From a virus, in the IMG/VR virus record IMGVR_UViG_3300027797_000001, positions 32,001 through 96,000 of that record: DNA of 64,000 nucleotides. One strand, 5' to 3'. Position numbers and translations under genes: made by a program. Below the pieces are notes generated by a model. The model ran no database searches, was not told the origin of the DNA, and saw nothing but the letters and a program-made list of their open reading frames with translations. This document shows positions 18,654 to 27,712 of this stretch, one piece after another; the first letter of the stretch is position 1; each line of letters opens with the position of its first letter.

Positions 18654-21600
18654 TGTTTAATAAGAAGCTCCTTTCAAGTATAGATTTAGGGAAGTATAAA
18701 AAAAAGAATCCCTATAAGAAAGATATGATTTTAGATCCTATGGGTCAATGGAAACATCCTGGGAAAAATACTAGAATACCCTCTGACCGGATTACAATGA
18801 AAGGAGTTAATTATCCTGTCTTGGGTGTATCAAATACTGGACAAAAACAAATGATGCAACCCGGAAGAGAATATAATTTTCCTGGAGCAGATTATGTTGA
18901 TGAATATCCACAGATGAAAAACGGTGGTTTACCTAAAGCTCAAAAAGGTGCAGCTACATACCAAGATAGTTTAGATGTATATAATAATGCTTTAAAACTA
19001 AAAGCTTTTTATGATTCAAAAAAACAATTATATAATATATCTACTAGACCATGGTATGGTACAAGCAATTTAAAAAAGGAAGAAAAAGAAACATATGATT
19101 ATGATAAAAATCCGGCTAACAATCCGGATGTAAAAACTTGGACACCTCAACAAAAAAGAAATTTTCAAAAAACAAAAGATTTAATTAAAGCAAATAAAGA
19201 TCCAAACATTGCTTATATTACAGATCTAATAACAGGTGCTTTAGATCCAGATGCTCCTGCTTCAAGATATGATAATAGAATTAAACCTCAATCAGAAATA
19301 GCATATTCGCCTTATAAAGCTCAATATTCAAAAACAGAAGACTCACTTTATGACAAACTTCAGAAAAACTATGATGGTATGAGTAGTTATGGTGATCCAA
19401 GATTTCCTACCTTAACTCCAAGTAAAAAAGATCTTTTAGATTATGCTAAAAAACTTGGTTATAGTCAAAAAGATGCTATAAGTCTTTTATATAAACTTAA
19501 AAGAGAAAATCTTGCTATGGCAAACACACCTGGAGTTAATACTATCTTACCATATTATGATCCTCTTGCAGTAAAACCTGGGAAACTCCTTACAGATGAT
19601 GAAATAAGAATTAGAGTTAAGAAATATGGTACAACTGGTATTCCTCAAAATAGATTAGACAAACTTGGTTTAAATAGTTCAAACCCACCAAAAAGTTCAA
19701 ACCCACCGAAAAAAAGTACATCTTCTACAGTTACTAAATCACCATGTTCAAATCCAACAACTACTGTTATAAATAATGTACCAGATAAAATTCCTTTTGG
19801 AAAAAAGTTAGTTGGTACAGATGAAGAAACATTACCAGTAACTGGGAAAAAATGTGAGTATGTTAAAACTATAAATCCAATTTATGAGGATGTTACAATA
19901 GATCCTATTAAACCCCCAGCAATTGCATTAAGAGTAGACAATGGTATTTTACCACCATTGCAACAATCAACTTATGTTCCACAAGAACCTATTGAAGCTC
20001 CACAATATGCATTAGGCCCTTATACTGCTGATAGATTACGTTTATCAGTAACACCTGGAAAAACAAAAAAAGTAACAAAACGTGGAAGATTGTTTGATGG
20101 TAAAGGTCAAGGATATAAACATACAGAATATAAATCAACTAAAGATTTGGAGTTTGGAAAAAAAGAAGTTACTAGATTAATACCAAGAATTGTTCAGAAG
20201 ATTACTGGTTATGATCCAGAATACTTTGAAGGTTCTTATGATGAAGAAGGTAACTATATTCCTGGAGAATTAGACTTTGGTAATGAGGTTGGTGGTAGAA
20301 TGGAATTTAGAGGAGCTGCATCTTTACAAGATTTAATAAATCAACAGAAGTATGCAAAAGACTGGGAAGAGTATGAAAGAAAGATTGATGAGAGAGAAGA
20401 ACAATCAAAGAAAAAACAAGAAGAGGGTAGAGCATTTAAAAAAGGTGGAACAAAGAAAAGAATATATAACCCTAATGCAAAGTATTATGCGGATGGTGGA
20501 GAAAATTTACAAGAAGAATGTCCACCATATCACTATTGGAATGGAGAAACTTGTGTTCCAGTTAGTAGAGAGCTTGCTCCTCTTGATCCACAATACTTAT
20601 CAGAAAATCCAGATGTTGCAACAAACATGCAAATTGAACCAGAAGTAAGTGTTAGTCCATTAGGTTCGGATTTTTCCAAGGCAAAGTCATGGATTGATAA
20701 ATGGCATGATTCTCCAATGCATGATAAAATGCTTATGAAATCATTACAGGGTAATAAAAAACTTTTTAAAGAATATAAGGATAAAAGAAAAAAAAATATA
20801 CAAACTATTCCAGCACTAAATATTAGTTTAGATAAAAGTGATCCTTTATATAAAGAAATAAAAGATTATTATGGGTTTGCTCCATGGGGAGCATCGGATA
20901 GTAATACAGGTGCTGTTTCAATATATAATTCTCATCCTGGAAATAAACAAATGTTAATTCATGAGGTTACTCATTCTTCTGATAGACCAGATGATAAATT
21001 AGGTAGACTTATTCCACCTAATGACCAATTAACAATACAATATAGAATCCCATTAAATTGGAAATATAGTCAATATGGTAAAGATATGATGAAAGAATAT
21101 AAAGAAAAAGGGTGGCGGTTAGATGATGAATATATGGGTGAAGAAGAAATACCAAGAGATATATATGAACAACAACAATTTAATGATTGGAATAAATATT
21201 TATTAAGTGACCAAGGAACTGAGGTTAGAGCAAGATTAAGTGAGATAAGACAGGATGCACAAGAACAAAATATTTATGACCCTTTTAATAAAAAAATAAC
21301 AAGAAGGCAATTTAAAAATTTAAAAAATATAAAATATCCTGATTCATTAGATGACCTTAAAAAAACTTTTTCTGATAAAGATATAAAGTGGATGTTAAAT
21401 AACATTTCTAAAAACAATAATGAAACTGAAGATGCTATTCAATATGGTAAAAAAGGTGGGGCAAAGAAAAAATACACAAGTGATATAATTAATAGTACTA
21501 ATTATCTTTTTGCGGAACATCCTTTATTTAAAAAGAAGAAACAATCTAAGAAAAGAATATATAACCCTAATGCAAAGTATTATCAATTAGGTGGATTAAC

Positions 21601-24463
21601 ACGATTTGTACCACAAGCTGGTAGAATGTTTGCTTTACCACCTATTACTAATACAATTGCAAATACTGCACCAGGTATTTTAAATTCTATAAAGACTATA
21701 TCGCAAAAACTTCCTACTAATTTATTAGATGAAGGTGCAAGAGATTTATTACATTATCCTAGTTTTGATGTTACACTTGGAGAATCAAATTTAACAGGAG
21801 TTGATGCTGCAAAGTATTTGGGAGACTTTGGCTTTAAACCATATTCAGAAGGTTGGACAGCTCTAAGTGACATGAAAAATGCATTTGAAGGAAAACAATG
21901 GAATCCTAGTAAAGAAGATTATTATACTCTTGATGAAATTTATAATTTAATAAATAAGCAAACAAATTATTTAAATGATCTTGCTAAGTTTAATGAAACA
22001 AATCCTGATGAATTAGGTGAGTATGGAAATTTATTAAGATGGATGCAAAATGATTTTAGTAGAGATGAATTATTTTCATTGTTATTTCCAAATTCTAGTA
22101 GACCAAATTTTAAAGAAAAATTTTATCGCCCAGAACATATAAATTTATTAAAACAAACTACACCCAATCCTGAAACTGGTATAAATTTATATGATAATTT
22201 AATTAAAAATACCAATTTTGGAGATAAAGGTTTAGTAGATAAGTATACATTAAGAAGATCAATAACAGAACCTAATACTGAAATATTACCGGGATCTGAA
22301 GATCTAATGTTATATAGACAAAGATATGAACCCTACAGAGGTTTAGATGCTGGTAATTTAAGTGAACGTAAAGATGTAATAGAGTTTCTTAAAGATCATG
22401 ATGGCATTTTAGGTTTTGAATTTAAAGATCTTAATAATGAATATTCCAATAATTTAAATTATTGGAAAGAACAAATATTTGAAAAGTTTGATAATCGACA
22501 ATATAAAAAATTTCAAAAGAAGTTTAAAGAACAATCTAAACCTGGAACTAGCTCTAAACTTAAAGGATTAGATGCTTATAATCAAATAATTAATAGAACT
22601 GGTTCTAGAAATAAATACGGAGGAGAACTACCTAAAGGTAAATACGGATACTCTGTTGGTAATCTTATAAGAAAACAATTTGGTGGTTTAGGTAGAGATC
22701 AAAGTTTATCAGTTTCACCATATGATCTTGATACTTACATTGGAGCTTCTGGAAATCAAATATATAATCCAGGATATAGTCTTACATATAATAAGCCAAA
22801 CCTTTTTAAAAAATTAGATGTAGTTGGAACTCCTTTTCAAGTATCAATAGGAAGACCTTATAATACTGATCCAAATAGTTTAACTAATCAATCTTTAAAT
22901 TTTGGAACATCATATGACTATGAATATATGGATCCAGGAGTACAACAAGGTCCACAACAAGAAGCTATAAATAATGCAGCTGCACAATATTTAGGAAAGG
23001 ATGTTCAAGATTTAAACCAATCTGATTTAAATAAATTTTCAGCATTTAAATCATTAGGGGAAATTAAAAATGCTTATGCTCCAGGAAAACCAATTAATTT
23101 ATCTACAAAACTTTCATTTTTAGGTAAAGCATTTAGTGACCAACCTGTTAGAGGTTTTGGATCAATATCTGGTGGTTATAATCCTGAAGCAGGTTTTTGG
23201 GCAGGAGCTGATCTTGGAGGTTTTGGAGTAATCTCAAATAAAAAACCAAAAACATATTTTGATAGAGGTTTATCTAGAAAAGGAGATTGGGCGGTTATTC
23301 CTAGTCTTTCTTTATTCTCTCCAGCAATTAGACAAAAAGGAATTGCAAATCTAGAACAATCTGCAGAGTATAAACGCTTATTAGAAAAAGATATACAAGA
23401 GGGTACTGATTCAGCACAAAATTATTATGATAATCAATTAGATGATCAGGGTAAGTCAACAATGACATTTAATGCAAGACCGGAAATTAAAGCGCAACTT
23501 AAACCATTTAAAAAGTTTCCCGGAATCTTAGAAGGGGTAGTTGGAGCTAATATAGATTTTATAAGTGGTGGTAAGGATTCTATGGATAAAATTACAACTA
23601 ATATAAACCCATACGGCAAAATATCATATGCTGTTTCTATTCAAGATGAGTTAGATAGAATGAAACGTAAGATGAAAAATGTAGAATTTCCTGATAAAAA
23701 ACACTATGAAGATTACGTAGAAGAATATGAAAATCAAACTACAGAAGAAACTCCTACAGAAACTGATAATCAAATTAATCCACCGGAGGTTGAATTAAAT
23801 TTTGATGGTCAAGGAGTAGGAAAAGCAGACTGCCCTAAAGGCTATGAAAGACCATGTGAAAAATGCAGATGTCAAAAAATAAAAATGCCTCAAATGTATA
23901 CAGACAAAAGAGGTAAACAGTTATTTGGCAATGAGCCTATTAGATTTCAAGATGGTGGAGAACAGGATGCAATGAATGCTATGATGAAAGCAAGACTTGC
24001 TTATGCTAATATGTTTGGTAATCCCTCAGCACAAAGAATGATTAATCTTCCAGATCAACCTTATGAATTTGATAATGGGAATACAGGCACACACTACATG
24101 GCAAGTATGGATAACTATGCTGTACCTCAAATTCAAGATGAGAATGGAGTATTACAGATTGGAAACTATGGTCCAGAATCTACTGAGGCAATGAGATTTG
24201 ACTCAGATGAAGATGCTAATTATTTTGCAGAAAACTATAAAGATGTTTCACCAGGATTTATGGATCTAGAACTTGATGATAATGAGATAGAAGAATACAG
24301 AAAAGGTGGTTATATAATAGAAGATATTTCTGTGCCTTCACTAACTAGAATGCAGCCTGTTGGTAAATATCAAGATGGTGGAGAATATCAATTGGGTGAT
24401 GAAGTAGATGAAGCTACTATGAAACAATTAAAAAAATTAGGTTTTACATTTGAACAAATTTAG
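18653..24463 (+). CDS. modular cargo/internal virion protein with zincin-like HExxH module
   Basis: 1936 aa, modules separated by xxGG linkers. HEVTH at 20960-20974 with a downstream TEVRARL; N-terminal ITMKGVNYPVLG...MMQPG module. Confidence 0.65.
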   Translation: MFNKKLLSSIDLGKYKKKNPYKKDMILDPMGQWKHPGKNTRIPSDRITMKGVNYPVLGVSNTGQKQMMQPGREYNFPGADYVDEYPQMKNGGLPKAQKGAATYQDSLDVYNNALKLKAFYDSKKQLYNISTRPWYGTSNLKKEEKETYDYDKNPANNPDVKTWTPQQKRNFQKTKDLIKANKDPNIAYITDLITGALDPDAPASRYDNRIKPQSEIAYSPYKAQYSKTEDSLYDKLQKNYDGMSSYGDPRFPTLTPSKKDLLDYAKKLGYSQKDAISLLYKLKRENLAMANTPGVNTILPYYDPLAVKPGKLLTDDEIRIRVKKYGTTGIPQNRLDKLGLNSSNPPKSSNPPKKSTSSTVTKSPCSNPTTTVINNVPDKIPFGKKLVGTDEETLPVTGKKCEYVKTINPIYEDVTIDPIKPPAIALRVDNGILPPLQQSTYVPQEPIEAPQYALGPYTADRLRLSVTPGKTKKVTKRGRLFDGKGQGYKHTEYKSTKDLEFGKKEVTRLIPRIVQKITGYDPEYFEGSYDEEGNYIPGELDFGNEVGGRMEFRGAASLQDLINQQKYAKDWEEYERKIDEREEQSKKKQEEGRAFKKGGTKKRIYNPNAKYYADGGENLQEECPPYHYWNGETCVPVSRELAPLDPQYLSENPDVATNMQIEPEVSVSPLGSDFSKAKSWIDKWHDSPMHDKMLMKSLQGNKKLFKEYKDKRKKNIQTIPALNISLDKSDPLYKEIKDYYGFAPWGASDSNTGAVSIYNSHPGNKQMLIHEVTHSSDRPDDKLGRLIPPNDQLTIQYRIPLNWKYSQYGKDMMKEYKEKGWRLDDEYMGEEEIPRDIYEQQQFNDWNKYLLSDQGTEVRARLSEIRQDAQEQNIYDPFNKKITRRQFKNLKNIKYPDSLDDLKKTFSDKDIKWMLNNISKNNNETEDAIQYGKKGGAKKKYTSDIINSTNYLFAEHPLFKKKKQSKKRIYNPNAKYYQLGGLTRFVPQAGRMFALPPITNTIANTAPGILNSIKTISQKLPTNLLDEGARDLLHYPSFDVTLGESNLTGVDAAKYLGDFGFKPYSEGWTALSDMKNAFEGKQWNPSKEDYYTLDEIYNLINKQTNYLNDLAKFNETNPDELGEYGNLLRWMQNDFSRDELFSLLFPNSSRPNFKEKFYRPEHINLLKQTTPNPETGINLYDNLIKNTNFGDKGLVDKYTLRRSITEPNTEILPGSEDLMLYRQRYEPYRGLDAGNLSERKDVIEFLKDHDGILGFEFKDLNNEYSNNLNYWKEQIFEKFDNRQYKKFQKKFKEQSKPGTSSKLKGLDAYNQIINRTGSRNKYGGELPKGKYGYSVGNLIRKQFGGLGRDQSLSVSPYDLDTYIGASGNQIYNPGYSLTYNKPNLFKKLDVVGTPFQVSIGRPYNTDPNSLTNQSLNFGTSYDYEYMDPGVQQGPQQEAINNAAAQYLGKDVQDLNQSDLNKFSAFKSLGEIKNAYAPGKPINLSTKLSFLGKAFSDQPVRGFGSISGGYNPEAGFWAGADLGGFGVISNKKPKTYFDRGLSRKGDWAVIPSLSLFSPAIRQKGIANLEQSAEYKRLLEKDIQEGTDSAQNYYDNQLDDQGKSTMTFNARPEIKAQLKPFKKFPGILEGVVGANIDFISGGKDSMDKITTNINPYGKISYAVSIQDELDRMKRKMKNVEFPDKKHYEDYVEEYENQTTEETPTETDNQINPPEVELNFDGQGVGKADCPKGYERPCEKCRCQKIKMPQMYTDKRGKQLFGNEPIRFQDGGEQDAMNAMMKARLAYANMFGNPSAQRMINLPDQPYEFDNGNTGTHYMASMDNYAVPQIQDENGVLQIGNYGPESTEAMRFDSDEDANYFAENYKDVSPGFMDLELDDNEIEEYRKGGYIIEDISVPSLTRMQPVGKYQDGGEYQLGDEVDEATMKQLKKLGFTFEQI
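19676..19711 (+). repeat. 18-bp tandem repeat (SSNPPK x2)
   Basis: AGTTCAAACCCACC at 19676 and 19694. Confidence 0.85.
20453..21583 (+). repeat. perfect 36-bp direct repeats flanking the zincin module
   Basis: AAGAAAAGAATATATAACCCTAATGCAAAGTATTAT at 20453-20488 and 21548-21583, each encoding KKRIYNPNAKYY. Confidence 0.9.
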
Positions 24464-24465
24464 TG

Positions 24466-27400
24466 ATGGCAAAGTATAGAATTACAAGTTTACCGCAGTC
24501 TTTACCTAAAGCACAAAAAGGATTATTTAATAAAAGAAATAAAATATCTGTTAGAAACGGTGAAGTTAAATTGTTTCCAAATTTATTTGGTGATAAAAAA
24601 AGAAACAATATAGATACTCAAGATCAATCAGATGATACACAATATAACTGGTCTGGCACAACTCCAGAATTAATGCAACCTGATCAAGAGTCTTTTGAAT
24701 TAAAACCTACATATGCACCAACACCAGAGTTTACTCAAGCAGATGTTAATTTAAGTTCTACTCTTAGTAAAATACAAGAGGAGAGAGACAGATTAGCTCA
24801 AGAAAAAGAAAACAAGGATTGGGAAGAGATGATGAAAAAAAGAGATGAGAAATTTAAAACTTCTAAAAAATATGATAAAATAGAACCTTTGCTTACAATT
24901 GATTCTGAAGGATATGCAGATGAGGATCTTGCTTATTTTCAAGAGGCTGGATATTTTCCAGTAAAAGATTCAAAAACAAATAAAATAAATTTATATCCAT
25001 CAAATGAAATAAATTCAAAAATTATTAATAATGGTTTAAGAACAGATGAGATTGTTAAAAAACTTGGAATAGGTGATGCTGAATCTGTGAAGTCTGCTTT
25101 TGGAGATTTAATGACTGCTGCAGATCAACAGTATTCGGCTACTGTTCAAAACAAATTATTACAAAAATCACTAGATGAAGGTATTAGTTTAGAAGACGCA
25201 GTTAAAAAATTATCTGGTAAACTTGGAACTGAAAAAGGTCTTCAAAAATATGTTGCGCCTACTACTGATTTAATAAATAATTATATTGATGAAATTAAAA
25301 AAAATGTAAACCAACCTGCGGAGAAAGAACTTCAGTCAATGTACTATGATAATAGAAATCCTAATCAAGGTTATTCTCCAAAGATTGATTATAATTCATA
25401 TGATCCAGGGTTAAAATATAACACGGATTATTATAATACTACAAATAATTGGGGACAATTTCTTAAAGACTATTCTGATTATAATAAAGAGTATGATAAA
25501 GAATATGCAGATTCATTTTATAATAAACAAAATCAAACTGCTGATAAATTAAATTTACCTGTGTCAGATAGAACAGGAAATTTAAAAAATCAACAAGATG
25601 TGATTAATCAAAATATATCATTAACTAAACAAGTTGGAGATGTTTCTACAGAAGCAGGAAATAAAACAATAAATAAGAAGTATATAGAACAACTACAGGC
25701 AGACATGGCAAGAGTTTCTGATCCTTTAGTTAAATATGAACTAAGTAAAAAACTTGATGCAGTAAAAAATAATCCAGAAGCTTTTTCTAAACTCTTAAAA
25801 GGTTTTGAATCTGGAGAAGTCTTTACAAAAGAAGATGAAGATAATATCAATGCTTTAACTTTTAGTATCCTTCAAAAAGAATCAAATCCAGATACTATAA
25901 AAGCTGGTGTAGATAGACCTAAACTTACAACATCAGATAAAGTATTTGATGTATTAACTAATCCATTTGACGCATTTAAATATTCAAACCAAGGAGGTTT
26001 AGATAATATGTGGACTAGCGGTATGGGTTATAATGAAAGAAAACTTTTAGAAAGAGCTAATCCAGAATTAAATCTTGGAACACAAGATAATCTAGTTGGT
26101 AATGCTTTGAATACATGGAATCCAATGAGATTTGCAAGAGATGTAGATTCTGATCTAGATAGAGAAGACTATGCTTCTGCTGGTTTAGAGGCACTTGAGT
26201 TTGCTACTCCTGCAATGTTTTCAAAAGCTGCAAGAGCTGGTAGATTAGCTAGAGACGCAAGTAAGTTTTTTCCAACTGGTTCAATCACACCAGGATTAAA
26301 AGGATTTACCGGATCTGCTTTTGAATCATTAAATCCCTATTTTGCATATGAGGCAATAAGACCAGGGGGAGAATTAAATAGATCATACGATTTACTTAAA
26401 GAAGGAAATATTAAAGAAGGACTTCAAGAAGGTGCTTTTGGTCTATTAAATCTTTTACCTGCAGCTGGTACTTTTAAAAGTTTAAAAAGTGCTGAAAACA
26501 TAGGTGGTGCTAAACCATTTGTATCACAACAATTAAGTTTTAAGAAAGGAGGAGAGTTACCTACTTATCAAGGGCCAATAAGATCAATTGTAAAAAGTAT
26601 TCCTTCTAAACTTGGTAATTTAGCAATGAAGACTGGAATAAAAACATTGCAACTTCCCGGAGTTAAACCTTTTTTTAGAAGTAACTATAATCCAATTAGT
26701 TATCCAATTAGTTATCCAATAAAACTTTTAGGTGAAAAAATAGCTAGACAATCTCTTAGTCCAAGTAGAAATAAAGAACAAGTTATTGCTGCACTTACTA
26801 AAAAAGCAGCCCCAGAAGAAAACCTTTATTTTGGTAATGTAACTGCTGTGGATCCAGAATATGGTTATGGTAAAAGAGATTTAATTGCTAATTATTTTAG
26901 AGGTATAGATACTGGTTTTAAACCAATTGACTATGATATTTATTCAGATCCTGGTTTAAAAAAATATATAGATAGATATGGACCTTTAAAAACATATGAA
27001 CTTAATTCATCTGTTAAACATGGTCAACCTTTAGACATTGCTGATTTTACTAGGCTGCTAAATATAGATGATACTAAATTAAGTAATTTTGATCAAGATC
27101 TTTATGAAGATGAAGTTTTTCAAAATATGCCTGGTTTAGAAGATTATTACTATAATGAGTATATGAATAATCTTCCTGGAACTAGTACTCCTAGTCCATA
27201 TAAAGCACAAAGACAATACTATAAAAAAATGTTACATCAATATTTTGATAAACGCGGTATAGAAGTTCTCCCTCTAGTTGTTGATCCAGATTTGAATACA
27301 TTAGGTAATGTTAAAAATTATTTAAGCCGTAATCCCGCTATATCATATGATGATCTTGCTGGTCATATGGGTTATTTAAAAAGATTGCCAAACAAAGAAG

Positions 27401-27654
27401 ATTTTGAATTTACTACAAGAGATATATGGAAATTTACACCTGATGACTATCATTCTAAATGGGCAGGATCTTCAAATAAAGATGAACTGTTTAAACAATT
27501 ACAAGTTGAGGCTATGGATGCATTTGGAAAACCATTTGTTTTAACCCAAACAAATCCAATGAAATTTAAAAACGGTGGTTCAATGGAATTAGAATTAACA
27601 CCAAAACAAATTAAAGAGTATATAAAAGCTGGATATATCATTGAAGATATCTAA
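24466..27654 (+). CDS. modular cargo/internal virion protein
   Basis: ~1062 aa (ATG 24466 preferred over GTG 24463). N-terminal KYRITSLP..LPKAQKG, FKKGG and FKNGG linkers, C-terminal MELELT...GYIIEDI. Confidence 0.65.
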   Translation: MAKYRITSLPQSLPKAQKGLFNKRNKISVRNGEVKLFPNLFGDKKRNNIDTQDQSDDTQYNWSGTTPELMQPDQESFELKPTYAPTPEFTQADVNLSSTLSKIQEERDRLAQEKENKDWEEMMKKRDEKFKTSKKYDKIEPLLTIDSEGYADEDLAYFQEAGYFPVKDSKTNKINLYPSNEINSKIINNGLRTDEIVKKLGIGDAESVKSAFGDLMTAADQQYSATVQNKLLQKSLDEGISLEDAVKKLSGKLGTEKGLQKYVAPTTDLINNYIDEIKKNVNQPAEKELQSMYYDNRNPNQGYSPKIDYNSYDPGLKYNTDYYNTTNNWGQFLKDYSDYNKEYDKEYADSFYNKQNQTADKLNLPVSDRTGNLKNQQDVINQNISLTKQVGDVSTEAGNKTINKKYIEQLQADMARVSDPLVKYELSKKLDAVKNNPEAFSKLLKGFESGEVFTKEDEDNINALTFSILQKESNPDTIKAGVDRPKLTTSDKVFDVLTNPFDAFKYSNQGGLDNMWTSGMGYNERKLLERANPELNLGTQDNLVGNALNTWNPMRFARDVDSDLDREDYASAGLEALEFATPAMFSKAARAGRLARDASKFFPTGSITPGLKGFTGSAFESLNPYFAYEAIRPGGELNRSYDLLKEGNIKEGLQEGAFGLLNLLPAAGTFKSLKSAENIGGAKPFVSQQLSFKKGGELPTYQGPIRSIVKSIPSKLGNLAMKTGIKTLQLPGVKPFFRSNYNPISYPISYPIKLLGEKIARQSLSPSRNKEQVIAALTKKAAPEENLYFGNVTAVDPEYGYGKRDLIANYFRGIDTGFKPIDYDIYSDPGLKKYIDRYGPLKTYELNSSVKHGQPLDIADFTRLLNIDDTKLSNFDQDLYEDEVFQNMPGLEDYYYNEYMNNLPGTSTPSPYKAQRQYYKKMLHQYFDKRGIEVLPLVVDPDLNTLGNVKNYLSRNPAISYDDLAGHMGYLKRLPNKEDFEFTTRDIWKFTPDDYHSKWAGSSNKDELFKQLQVEAMDAFGKPFVLTQTNPMKFKNGGSMELELTPKQIKEYIKAGYIIEDI
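26690..26720 (+). repeat. 12-bp tandem repeat (PISY x2.5)
   Basis: ATCCAATTAGTT ATCCAATTAGTT ATCCAAT. Confidence 0.85.
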
Positions 27655-27699
27655 ACCTTTGAAGTTTACTCATTAAATTTATTTTTAGTATATTTAATA
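27652..27699 (+). promoter_or_regulatory. palindromic box TAAAC-N7-GTTTA plus TAGTATATT promoter element
   Basis: Box at 27652-27668 and TATATT at 27689-27694; identical spacing at 34004-34046. Confidence 0.55.
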
Positions 27700-27712
27700 T
27701 ATAACGTGCACA

